DNA of 64,000 nt from a virus, in the IMG/VR virus record IMGVR_UViG_3300033388_005265, positions 55,164 to 119,163 of that record; one strand, written 5' to 3'. The notes beneath the pieces are model-generated. The model did not search any database and was not told where the DNA came from. It worked only from the letters and a program-made list of their open reading frames with translations. The stretch's first letter is position 1, and the number at the start of each line of letters is the position of its first letter. The translations under genes and the position numbers were made by a program. Positions 52,891 through 61,553 of this stretch are shown here, piece by piece.

Positions 52891-53818
52891 TAATGGATTT
52901 CTAGAAGAGATGGCTGCCATAGTACCAGGATCAAGCAGACCTACTATAAACGCAGGTGAATACGTCTATATAATGCAAGACGGAACAATCAATGCATCCA
53001 CATCCTATGACAATGCCTTAATGTATACTGCTCATACAGTAGGAACAGCAGTAAGAAACATGTATACTAATGATGTGAACGTAATAAGAGAATCACTCGA
53101 TTTCATAAAAGATCGCGGAACTGTTTTCCAAGATAGGTATGAAGCAGCATCTGACCCAACATACGTAGCTCCAGACATGGCTACCTTCAACCAATTTACA
53201 TTAGTAGATGACCCAATAGACGAACGTACAATGATGCCCCAAGTATCCTCTGTATGGCAAGAAGACCCAACACCAACACCAACACAAGCTGAACAAGAAT
53301 TTATTCAGCTTAATATGGCACCATACCAACAAGGTGTTAGACCACCAGACACAGGACCAATAGAATTTCCAGATAGACCACTAGGAACACTAATTACAAG
53401 AAGACCAACTACACATACACAAGAGAACAACGAACTTGCAGCAGCAGTAAGCCTTATTAAGGCACAAGAAGAAGGTATAGTCCAAAGAATTAAAGTTCAA
53501 TCTCGTAAAGACAAGTCTGGTCAATACCAAGTTTGTTATGGATGCATATCCAATGTAGACAGTGTATTCCCAGGAAAACCTAGCTTACATGGAGACAGAT
53601 GTGCACAGTGTGCTAGACGTACTGGAAGAACACATAACAAAGACTTCTATATGACGAAAGACACTAAAGACATTATGTATCAACTGTTTGCTGAAGAGGT
53701 TGTACCTGTCATTAAGAAACAAGCTTTATTCGAGGCAAAACAAAGAATAAGTGAAGCAGAAGAAAAAGACAATAAGGTCAAAAGAACAATGGTAAGAATA
53801 GCAAAGAAAAGAGCTTAG
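52883..53818 (+). CDS. Hypothetical protein with CYGC...CxxC module
   Basis: 311-aa ORF; Pro/Thr-rich linker. Confidence 0.7.
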   Translation: MADNGFLEEMAAIVPGSSRPTINAGEYVYIMQDGTINASTSYDNALMYTAHTVGTAVRNMYTNDVNVIRESLDFIKDRGTVFQDRYEAASDPTYVAPDMATFNQFTLVDDPIDERTMMPQVSSVWQEDPTPTPTQAEQEFIQLNMAPYQQGVRPPDTGPIEFPDRPLGTLITRRPTTHTQENNELAAAVSLIKAQEEGIVQRIKVQSRKDKSGQYQVCYGCISNVDSVFPGKPSLHGDRCAQCARRTGRTHNKDFYMTKDTKDIMYQLFAEEVVPVIKKQALFEAKQRISEAEEKDNKVKRTMVRIAKKRA

Positions 53819-53827
53819 CCTGCTCAT

Positions 53828-54067
53828 TTGCTTGAGGATGCTTGGGAGAGGACAATGCTAGAACTAAAGTGTGACTTTTGTGATGAAATCCTTTCGAAGA
53901 AAGGTGCAATTCTGCTGGCCCCGCCGTCGGAGAACATTCATAAGATAATGGATATAGACCCAGGCGCCGACGTATGTCGCAAGTTTCACATATGCACAGA
54001 TTGCTACGATAAACTAATTATAGACATGAAGATAGCTAAGGAGATGAGAGAATGGAAGCCACGGTAG
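53828..54067 (+). CDS. Zinc-binding hypothetical protein
   Basis: CDFC...GAILLAPP...KFHICTDCY. Confidence 0.6.
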   Translation: MLEDAWERTMLELKCDFCDEILSKKGAILLAPPSENIHKIMDIDPGADVCRKFHICTDCYDKLIIDMKIAKEMREWKPR

Positions 54068-54261
54068 AAGAGGTAGACACACAATGCCAGAACAAGTGTG
54101 AGCATAAGCAGGTTGAAACTATGATAAATGTATTTAAGGGTTTATCAATTGAAATGTGTATAGACTGTCTGAAAGAATTCAATGTAAGGGAACTTACAGA
54201 TGAAGAAATGGAAGACTTCTATGCTGACGATAATAACAACGATGATGAGGAGGTAAACTAA
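54052..54261 (+). CDS. Hypothetical protein
   Basis: ORF track. Confidence 0.5.
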   Translation: MEATVEEVDTQCQNKCEHKQVETMINVFKGLSIEMCIDCLKEFNVRELTDEEMEDFYADDNNNDDEEVN

Positions 54262-54262
54262 A

Positions 54263-54454
54263 ATGGAAACGATGGTTGATCAGATAGAGGTTTTTGGTGT
54301 AAATGACCAGGATGCTATTAATGTGTTCCTGCATGAACTTGCAGTTAATGTTATGAGATCAGAAATTACGGACATAAGGGTAGGAGCGAATAATATTGTT
54401 GTTCACTATATGGTTCCTATTTCTGAGCTAGAGACAGAAGGAGAGGAAGCTTAA
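54263..54454 (+). CDS. Hypothetical protein
   Basis: ORF track; GAGG RBS. Confidence 0.55.
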   Translation: METMVDQIEVFGVNDQDAINVFLHELAVNVMRSEITDIRVGANNIVVHYMVPISELETEGEEA

Positions 54455-54738
54455 TGGAAGTCAGGAGATACGGAAAGACGACAGGAATGGCACTTGAAGC
54501 TCTTGGTAAAGCTCTACAGAATCCAGGGATGAGTTTTGATGTTGGTGATGATAATCACGGAAACCCTGCCAGTATGAGCATACTAGAAAATTGCATTCTA
54601 AGTGTCATAAGGAATCTAGGGCTAAAAGATATAGCTACCGATTCTTCTGGAATAGGACTAACAGTAAGATCAGACTATTTCGGCAGCATAATCACAGAAG
54701 ATGGCACTTCATATAAAGTTAAAGTAGAGGAGGCATAA
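54454..54738 (+). CDS. Hypothetical protein
   Basis: RRYGKTT start; ORF track. Confidence 0.55.
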   Translation: MEVRRYGKTTGMALEALGKALQNPGMSFDVGDDNHGNPASMSILENCILSVIRNLGLKDIATDSSGIGLTVRSDYFGSIITEDGTSYKVKVEEA

Positions 54739-55134
54739 TTGAGTAACGGATTATTATCATTTAATGATTACCAAAAGAAGATGTATACCACTGCCATATA
54801 TCCTGATACAAATGTGGTACATCCACTCAAAGGGATTATAGGAGCTAACTACATCTATCCAGCTTTAGGCTTAGTTGACGAGGCAGGAGAAGTAGCAGGA
54901 AAGGTCAAGAAGATCCTTAGGGATAAGCTTGGACAGATTAAAGACAGCGAAGGAGCTATTGATCCAGAAGTAAAGGATATGATAACTAAAGAGCTGGGCG
55001 ATGTTCTTTGGTATATGTCTCAACTAGCAGTAGAGTTTGGCATAAACCTACAAGACGTTGCTGACAAGAACGTAGAGAAGATTCTCTCCCGTCAAGAGAG
55101 AGGAAAAATTCAAGGTTCAGGAGACGATAGATAA
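54739..55134 (+). CDS. mazG: MazG-like NTP pyrophosphohydrolase
   Basis: ALGLVDEAGEVAGKVKK..RD...ELGDVLWY...N..K...R..RG...GSGD.R. Confidence 0.92.
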   Translation: MSNGLLSFNDYQKKMYTTAIYPDTNVVHPLKGIIGANYIYPALGLVDEAGEVAGKVKKILRDKLGQIKDSEGAIDPEVKDMITKELGDVLWYMSQLAVEFGINLQDVADKNVEKILSRQERGKIQGSGDDR

Positions 55135-55322
55135 TGCAATGCAAATGCGGTTCAGAAATGAAATATGGTGAGCATACCGTAAAGTCAGAGAACGGCAAAA
55201 AGAATTGGATGGAAGATCCTCCTGCTGGAGTCATAGAGATTCAGCAGTGGGATTGTCCTGCTTGCGGAAGACATATGCACGCTATTTTTAGTGAAGATAG
55301 ACTAGTACACACGTTTGGCTAA
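55134..55322 (+). CDS. Zinc-ribbon protein
   Basis: CKCG...CPACG. Confidence 0.6.
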   Translation: MQCKCGSEMKYGEHTVKSENGKKNWMEDPPAGVIEIQQWDCPACGRHMHAIFSEDRLVHTFG

Positions 55323-55333
55323 GTGGAGGAAAA

Positions 55334-55666
55334 ATGCACCATAGAAGGGGAAAGAAGAAAAGTGCAAGAGCAGGATGTAGTATGTGTAAGCCTTGGAAGG
55401 ATAATGAGAACAAAGGATCATATGTGTCCCAGACCAACCAGGAAAAGCTATCTAGAGATGATTACGAAGATCAGCTAGAGTATATTAATGATCATCCAGA
55501 AGAAAAGGTTTCCGGCGGGAAGCCTTGTTTAGCATGTAAGAGTCCAATCGAGTATGATGAGACATTTGATGCTTTTTATTGTCCAGAATGCAAAGAGTGG
55601 ACAAGTGAGAAATGCCCAGACCCATACTGTATGTTCTGTGCAAATAGACCGGAGAAAGCGATATAA
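55334..55666 (+). CDS. Cys-rich hypothetical protein
   Basis: RAGCSMCKPWK; CLAC...DAFYCPEC.EW....C.DP.C.FC..RP. Confidence 0.65.
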   Translation: MHHRRGKKKSARAGCSMCKPWKDNENKGSYVSQTNQEKLSRDDYEDQLEYINDHPEEKVSGGKPCLACKSPIEYDETFDAFYCPECKEWTSEKCPDPYCMFCANRPEKAI

Positions 55667-55953
55667 TGAAAGTTAAACATTTAGTAGTAAGCTCATGTGA
55701 AGCGTGTCCATTCATGACAATTACAGGTGAGGATGGTGATCATCAAAGGATCGCCAGGTGTGAAGCAATAGATGACAGCAGAAGGAATAGACTCAGATAT
55801 TCAGAAGGTTCTATGATGACTCCTGTTAGTGAGTGTCCTCTTGATGATTATGAGACAGAGGCATCGCCTGAGAATGTGGTTAGAGAGCATGTTAAAGGGA
55901 AAGCTCAAAGATGGAAAGAACATAACAGCTACAGAAAAGAAGGCGAAGTATAA
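55666..55953 (+). CDS. Cys-rich hypothetical protein
   Basis: CEACPF...C...CPL. Confidence 0.6.
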   Translation: MKVKHLVVSSCEACPFMTITGEDGDHQRIARCEAIDDSRRNRLRYSEGSMMTPVSECPLDDYETEASPENVVREHVKGKAQRWKEHNSYRKEGEV

Positions 55954-56216
55954 TGAAAGACAGCTTGACAAAAGAAGAGTTAGATAGTATATTAGTAGGT
56001 AAGAAGAAAACTATTAAGGTTAACTCTATATGGGACTACAGAAAGGATCACCTGGGTCGTCCAGCCCTATATCATAGAGTAGGCGGGATGAGAATAGGAA
56101 TGCCTCACTTAACAGCTAATGAGTGTGAGCCAGAAGAGTTTAAAGCTGCGTTAAAAATAATAAAGCAAATTCAGGAGGAAATCAATGTCAGAGAAGCCGA
56201 CGACACTGTCGATTGA
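55953..56216 (+). CDS. Hypothetical protein
   Basis: ORF track. Confidence 0.55.
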   Translation: MKDSLTKEELDSILVGKKKTIKVNSIWDYRKDHLGRPALYHRVGGMRIGMPHLTANECEPEEFKAALKIIKQIQEEINVREADDTVD

Positions 56217-56367
56217 CGAAATAGAATCAATAAGGGAGAAAGCTGAGTCATTAGCAAGAACTCCGATGATGCATCCGGTCTGGAAAAGAGCATATGAAAG
56301 ACTGGCAGATTCGGCAGATAATTTAGCTTTACTAAACTTGAGAACAAGACTTGCAGAAGAAGGATAG
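56185..56367 (+). CDS. Hypothetical protein
   Basis: W.RAY..LA.SAD.L..L..R pattern. Confidence 0.55.
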   Translation: MSEKPTTLSIDEIESIREKAESLARTPMMHPVWKRAYERLADSADNLALLNLRTRLAEEG

Positions 56368-56375
56368 GAGCTCAT

Positions 56376-56924
56376 ATGGAAACTAAAGTGATGGCTGCCA
56401 TACTCAATGACAATGTTATTGATAAGGTAGTTGGCAGGAAGAAGAAGGAAAAAGTAAAACCGAAAGAGTTTGGCGTTGATGATTTCCATTCTATTTCTCC
56501 TGACAATATGAAACAAGTGCTAAGAGGACTGAATGATGTGCTTGAGATAGTTGAGACAGCTGAGATTGATTCTGTGGCTGCCATGAGGATTAAACGTAGG
56601 ATAGAAGTCGTAGAAGACATCCTGTGTCAGAAGCTTAAACAGATAGAGAATCCAGAATCACAAGAGATAAAAGACGAAGAGCTACTAAGGCAGCTTATAG
56701 AGATGCAAAGAGCTAGTCATACTAATACTCAGACTTGGATAAATACAAATCCAGGAACCATTAATCCAACAACAATAGTACCATATGTAACCACTCCATA
56801 TACAGGAGGTGGAGGTTCAGGAAGTATTATTTGGCCTACAATGGATACAACTGATGCAACACCAGTAAACATAGAAGACATATCAGGTTGGGGAGGATTA
56901 CTCCCTAAAGATGACGACGAATAA
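56376..56924 (+). CDS. Hypothetical protein
   Basis: ORF track; AGGAG RBS. Confidence 0.65.
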   Translation: METKVMAAILNDNVIDKVVGRKKKEKVKPKEFGVDDFHSISPDNMKQVLRGLNDVLEIVETAEIDSVAAMRIKRRIEVVEDILCQKLKQIENPESQEIKDEELLRQLIEMQRASHTNTQTWINTNPGTINPTTIVPYVTTPYTGGGGSGSIIWPTMDTTDATPVNIEDISGWGGLLPKDDDE

Positions 56925-56925
56925 C

Positions 56926-56953
56926 AAAGCCCCTTTTTGGGGCTTTTCTTTTT
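56926..56953 (+). terminator. Rho-independent terminator
   Basis: AAAGCCCC-TTTTT-GGGGCTTT then TCTTTTT. Confidence 0.85.
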
Positions 56954-57024
56954 CCAGCAAAACTAGTTCTATTCTGTTTAATATATAGGCATAGGTATAA
57001 TTCAAATCTGTGGTATAGTATATT

Positions 57025-57252
57025 ATGCCCGGAGGAATAATGCCAAAAGATCTTATCGAAGAATTGGAAGAACTCAGATTAATGCTTAACTCAGCTCAGA
57101 CTGAAAGGTATTCGTGGTTTGCTGAGAATAGCGAACACGGTAAAGACTGTGGATATGCCATGAAAGCAAAAGATATATTCGAGAACTTCCATTCAGAAGA
57201 AATCCAAGAAAAAATACAACATATACAGCGAGTCTTTTATAGGGAGGGTTAA
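57025..57252 (+). CDS. Hypothetical protein
   Basis: ORF track. Confidence 0.55.
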   Translation: MPGGIMPKDLIEELEELRLMLNSAQTERYSWFAENSEHGKDCGYAMKAKDIFENFHSEEIQEKIQHIQRVFYREG

Positions 57253-57256
57253 TACT

Positions 57257-57580
57257 ATGGGATCTGCCGGACCGAATGGGAAAGAATGGTTAAGTTCGAT
57301 TAGGAAGATAATGGAAGCGGACACACTTCTAAAAAGCCGATATGACGAAGACTTGGCAGATACTCTGTCAGGTGATATAGGGTTTCCATTTGATGGAAAA
57401 TCTAATCTTGACGTATACGAGTTTTGGGATGGAGTGATTGAAAAATTAAAAGACAATGGATATAAAATAGTAGATTACGTTTATACGGATGATACTGATA
57501 CAGAGATGAAGCAGAGAAGAAGGTTGCTTGATCATTTAGGAGAACCCAGGAGGACAGGTGGAAGAAAAGAAAAACGATAA
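57257..57580 (+). CDS. Hypothetical protein
   Basis: ORF track; GGGAGG RBS. Confidence 0.6.
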   Translation: MGSAGPNGKEWLSSIRKIMEADTLLKSRYDEDLADTLSGDIGFPFDGKSNLDVYEFWDGVIEKLKDNGYKIVDYVYTDDTDTEMKQRRRLLDHLGEPRRTGGRKEKR

Positions 57581-58373
57581 ACTTGAGAGCCTATCAAAGA
57601 CTCTTAAGAAGACTGTTGAAAATCAAGGCAGGATGGATGGAAAAGGATACAAGAAAAATGTAGCGTACAGCCTAAATGGAAGGGTATTAAAAGAAGATGG
57701 CGCCATACAAAAGACAGATTTCTTTGATTTCCTTGAAATGAACCTTGACGACTATAGTGATATAACTCTAACTGCTGATGAGGCAGACAGATTAAGAAAA
57801 CACGTACAAGCTGCTAGTACAGGAGTCCAAAGTTTAATCCCACTTATATGCGCTGGAGAACAGTGCAAATTCAAAGAGAGATGTCCATTGTACGAAATGG
57901 GCAAAGCACCAGTTGGAAGGCAGTGCCTGCCAGAAGTAGAGCTTCTTACATTCTTTAGAAAAAGATTCATAGAAGAGTACGACGTAAACCCACAAAACAT
58001 GACAGACCTAGTAATGGTTAATGAACTCGCTGAAATAGAGATATTTGAGATGAGATGTAATATAGCCTTATCAAAGGTAGACGGTCAAGATTTAACTCAA
58101 GAGAACATAGTTGGAGTGACCAACACAGGAGCGCCATATACTCAGAAGGTAGTTCATACTGCCTGGGATGTTAAGGAAAGACTTAAGATCAGAAAGATGA
58201 AACTTATAGAGGCTCTTGTTGGATCTAGAAAAGACAAATGGAAGAGAGCAGCAGCACTTAAGACTCGTGATGAAGCGGATCCTTCTTCTCAAATGAGTAA
58301 TCTAAGATCAAGGCTTGAGTCAATGAAGAATGAAATAGAGGACGTTCAAGTAGACATAGCCAAGGAAATATAA
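57558..58373 (+). CDS. Probable terminase small subunit / packaging-associated protein
   Basis: Cys cluster (C.GE.C.F..RCP...G.QC..E), coiled coil; first large gene of the block leading to terL; call rests on position and pattern. Confidence 0.55.
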   Translation: MEEKKNDKLESLSKTLKKTVENQGRMDGKGYKKNVAYSLNGRVLKEDGAIQKTDFFDFLEMNLDDYSDITLTADEADRLRKHVQAASTGVQSLIPLICAGEQCKFKERCPLYEMGKAPVGRQCLPEVELLTFFRKRFIEEYDVNPQNMTDLVMVNELAEIEIFEMRCNIALSKVDGQDLTQENIVGVTNTGAPYTQKVVHTAWDVKERLKIRKMKLIEALVGSRKDKWKRAAALKTRDEADPSSQMSNLRSRLESMKNEIEDVQVDIAKEI

Positions 58374-59299
58374 TGGCTGGATGGAGAAGAATTCTTACTG
58401 GCGGAATAGCTGTCCCAGCTGCTGGTGCTGCTGGATATGGAATATTCGAAGCTGCCACTGCCGTACCAAAACATCAATTACTTGGTATGAGTTATATAGC
58501 TGAGTCTGAAGAGGAGCTATATGAAAGGCTAACTAAGCCTCAAGCTGGAGGGTTTCTTAGTAGGCTATCTAGAGATTTTATAGACGAAGAAGAAGAGTTC
58601 GAGTCAGCAGCAACTGTAGGTACTGCTTTTCATGAGTACATAGAATCCTTGCAAATGGCTAGAGGAGAAGTTGCTGAGGTTGAAAAATACATCTATAGTA
58701 AGAAGCATGGCTTGGCCGGCTATGCTGACCTAGTCTATCATGACGGAACTATTTCAGATGCAAAAAGTGTTGGCGCCAAAGTATTCGAGAAGGTCAAAGG
58801 TCGAGGGGCACCTTTACAAAAGCACTTTGAACAGGTCAATGCATATGCTATTCTAAATGAATCTAGAAAAGGAAGAATAGACTACTACTTAAGAGATGAT
58901 CCGTCTCAAAAAATGTCATATGAATGGGAAGCATCACAAGAAGCTTTCGATGATACGATGGCTAAGGTAGAAAGAGTAAGAACTAGAATTAGCACTGATA
59001 TAGCATCTGGAAAAATAGACCCAGACACACTTGCTAAGAAGCGTGGAATCACAGCACAGCGTATAAGCGATATGTTCGTAGGGAACAAGTACAGCTTTGA
59101 TGCAGGTGGAGTGTCAGAAGCATTACAGAACTTCGTAATTAAAAGAGAACAATACCATAAAGACAGAAGTAATTCCACCTTACAGCAGATAGAAAGGTTT
59201 AATACTATAGACAGGATGAGCGGTAATCAGTCAGAACAAGTATTTCGTGCTGCACATCATGGTGGAAGAAGACATAATAATATGGGGTATAGTTACTAA
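58373..59299 (+). CDS. PD-(D/E)XK (Cas4/RecB-like) nuclease domain protein
   Basis: VGTAFHEYIE, E..I......LAGYADL....I.DAKS, QVNAYA; no 4Fe-4S cysteines. Confidence 0.82.
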   Translation: MAGWRRILTGGIAVPAAGAAGYGIFEAATAVPKHQLLGMSYIAESEEELYERLTKPQAGGFLSRLSRDFIDEEEEFESAATVGTAFHEYIESLQMARGEVAEVEKYIYSKKHGLAGYADLVYHDGTISDAKSVGAKVFEKVKGRGAPLQKHFEQVNAYAILNESRKGRIDYYLRDDPSQKMSYEWEASQEAFDDTMAKVERVRTRISTDIASGKIDPDTLAKKRGITAQRISDMFVGNKYSFDAGGVSEALQNFVIKREQYHKDRSNSTLQQIERFNTIDRMSGNQSEQVFRAAHHGGRRHNNMGYSY

Positions 59300-59628
59300 T
59301 GGGCATAAAAGCATGGTTAGCAGCTGCAAAAACTTCTCAAGCTGCACAGTCTGCATATAGGGGAGTCGGAATAGGCATAGGTGCAACTGTTGGAGGTATG
59401 GCTGCATATGGTGTTGGTAAATCTGCTTATGGCGTTATCAATGAAAATATGATTGAGCCGTATTCACTGGCAAACCCAAGATCAGTATCTAGAGGAGCAG
59501 GAGGACCTAATGATCCAATGGCATTTTCTCCAGCTATAAGACAAGCGTTCAGCAAAGGATTAACGCCTGGACAATTTGCAGACAATGGAGACTTAACACT
59601 ATCGCTCAGTAATCTGAGGAGAGGCTAA
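59299..59628 (+). CDS. Gly/Ala-rich putative virion protein
   Basis: Composition; ends GDLTLSLSNLRRG. Confidence 0.65.
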   Translation: MGIKAWLAAAKTSQAAQSAYRGVGIGIGATVGGMAAYGVGKSAYGVINENMIEPYSLANPRSVSRGAGGPNDPMAFSPAIRQAFSKGLTPGQFADNGDLTLSLSNLRRG

Positions 59629-60281
59629 TGGCAGAAAGCGTAAGTAGCGCTAATCCGTCACACGGGAAACAGTGGTTAGATGGGTCTCCAGGATTCAACA
59701 TAGGAAAAGGTGTAAATCCAGTTAACTTTGTTAGGTCTGCTGGTACAGCTGGAAGACTTGCTCTAACTACAAAATTAGGGCTTGTTGGTACTGGACTCCT
59801 AATGTATGGAGGCATGAGTCCTCAGCAAGCTATGTACGAGACTATGATCGGCGGAGCTGCATTTGTAGCTGGTGCACGTATAGGTAGTGGAATAGGACAA
59901 GGTTTAGCCGGAGTGGCTGGTAAACGTGGAGCAAGATTTGCTGAAGATGTTGCTCGTGGAGCTGGAAGAACATTACCAAAAGGTGGGGTTTATTCTGCAT
60001 CTAAGTATGTTGGTACTGGAGGTAAGTTTGCAGGCGCTCTTGCAGGTGGAGTGGCAGCTATGATGGGAGCTACAATGCTTTATGATACCGTAGCATCTGC
60101 ACCAAGAAAAATGATTGAACGAGGAAGAAGATTAAGAGAGATGGAGATGGGTGGTAATTTCCATGATCCATTTGGAACAGCATATACAATGAGACAAAGA
60201 TCTATGCAAGGTATACAGAAATCACATATAAACGCAAGAAATGCTTTAGGAAATGAAGCATTCTACTCACACGTAAGATAA
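59628..60281 (+). CDS. Gly/Ala-rich putative virion protein
   Basis: Composition; C-terminal AYTMRQRSMQ.IQ.S..NAR..LGNEA...H. Confidence 0.7.
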   Translation: MAESVSSANPSHGKQWLDGSPGFNIGKGVNPVNFVRSAGTAGRLALTTKLGLVGTGLLMYGGMSPQQAMYETMIGGAAFVAGARIGSGIGQGLAGVAGKRGARFAEDVARGAGRTLPKGGVYSASKYVGTGGKFAGALAGGVAAMMGATMLYDTVASAPRKMIERGRRLREMEMGGNFHDPFGTAYTMRQRSMQGIQKSHINARNALGNEAFYSHVR

Positions 60282-60291
60282 GGAGAGAGAC

Positions 60292-60921
60292 ATGCCTAGA
60301 AATCCAAATAGATATAGGGGTAGAGGAGGTCCAGGATTTGGTAGTTCAGCAGCAGCTATGGGTTCTGCTGCATGGGACAGGACCAAGGCTGGAGCAAAAG
60401 CAGGATACGGATCATTTGCAGCTTCAACCCCAGGAGCATTAACTACAGGTGGAATAGCAGCTGGCTTTAATAAGCTTGCTTCACGTACCGGTGGAGCATG
60501 GGGAGCAGGAATGGCAATTGCAGCAGGTGGAGCAGCATTAGCTGGGTCATCAAACTTGGCGCCAGACGCTACATCAGCAGCACTTATGGGTGCAGGTGGA
60601 TATGCAGGATACGCAGCTACAAGAGGATATGCTAGAGGAGTTAGAGGAGCTGCTACAAAAGCTGGCATGGCCAACTGGAAGAAAGGAAAGATGGGTGGAA
60701 TTAACCCTAGGACTTCAGGAGCAATTGTAGGGAATATAGCAAGTACTTCGAATTTCAAGTACGGCCTATCATCTAATAAGGGTGTAAATGCAGCACCAAG
60801 AGCAGTGATGGGAAAACGTATTGGAGCAGGAGTTGCAGGAGCAGCAGCTGGAATGGTACTAGGGGCAGCAAGCAAAGCTCTGTTTGGACCAACCAAAAAG
60901 TCTAACTACGGATATAGATAA
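60292..60921 (+). CDS. Gly/Ala-rich putative virion protein
   Basis: Composition with hydrophobic G/A helices. Confidence 0.7.
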   Translation: MPRNPNRYRGRGGPGFGSSAAAMGSAAWDRTKAGAKAGYGSFAASTPGALTTGGIAAGFNKLASRTGGAWGAGMAIAAGGAALAGSSNLAPDATSAALMGAGGYAGYAATRGYARGVRGAATKAGMANWKKGKMGGINPRTSGAIVGNIASTSNFKYGLSSNKGVNAAPRAVMGKRIGAGVAGAAAGMVLGAASKALFGPTKKSNYGYR

Positions 60922-60932
60922 AAGGTGATATA

Positions 60933-61280
60933 ATGGGATTTGAAATAGAGGATAAATGGATGAAGAGAATTAAGTTTGCCTGGTGGTCACTTGTCACAGT
61001 AAGCGTGATAGTTGGAACAACTTGGACATTTGTAACGTCGCCATTTGCTCTTGCAGACGACTTAAAAAAGACTGATGCAAAAGTAGAAAAGGTTGAAAAA
61101 GACATAGCTGAAAAGACAGATGACATTGACGAAGAGATAATCCTAATGAAAATAATGATATTCAATAGAGAGCTAAAAGAGGCCGTAAAGAAAGAAGATC
61201 AAGCAAAAATTAAAATTGTAGAAGGAGAGCTGGCAGTACAACGTGCCAAGCTCATAAAAGCATTTGGTGGAGGAAAATAA
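60933..61280 (+). CDS. Single-TM protein with coiled coil
   Basis: N-terminal TM segment; RBS. Confidence 0.65.
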   Translation: MGFEIEDKWMKRIKFAWWSLVTVSVIVGTTWTFVTSPFALADDLKKTDAKVEKVEKDIAEKTDDIDEEIILMKIMIFNRELKEAVKKEDQAKIKIVEGELAVQRAKLIKAFGGGK

Positions 61281-61552
61281 TGAGAGCACTTATAGTTGTT
61301 TTAGTAATCCTAATGAGTACGCCAGTTTTTGCGCAGGATGGACGTTCAGAAACAGATATAATATATGTTCCTATTATTGAGAAGAAGCTTCAGCAATGCA
61401 ATGAAAAGGTTTCAACATTTAAGGTAAAGGAAGAAGCATTATCTACTTGTAAGGTTGATCTTGCAACAAGCCAGAAAGAGTTCTTTAAAATGAATGTAAC
61501 ATGGATAAAAGGAGTCTTGTCAGGTATCATACTGGCAATAATATTAATCTAA
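61280..61552 (+). CDS. Secreted/membrane protein
   Basis: Signal peptide plus C-terminal TM. Confidence 0.6.
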   Translation: MRALIVVLVILMSTPVFAQDGRSETDIIYVPIIEKKLQQCNEKVSTFKVKEEALSTCKVDLATSQKEFFKMNVTWIKGVLSGIILAIILI

Positions 61553-61553
61553 T

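Noticed and set aside
57248-57262. GGTTAATACTATGG resembling the nuclease promoter motif
   Set aside because: It sits between an SD and its ATG, so it is probably just spacer sequence
58373-59299. Cas4 or CRISPR adaptation gene
   Set aside because: Lacks the four-cysteine Fe-S motif and has no cas neighbours
60267-60896. 209-aa minus-strand Ala/Pro-rich ORF
   Set aside because: Shadow of the Gly/Ala-rich plus-strand gene 60292..60921
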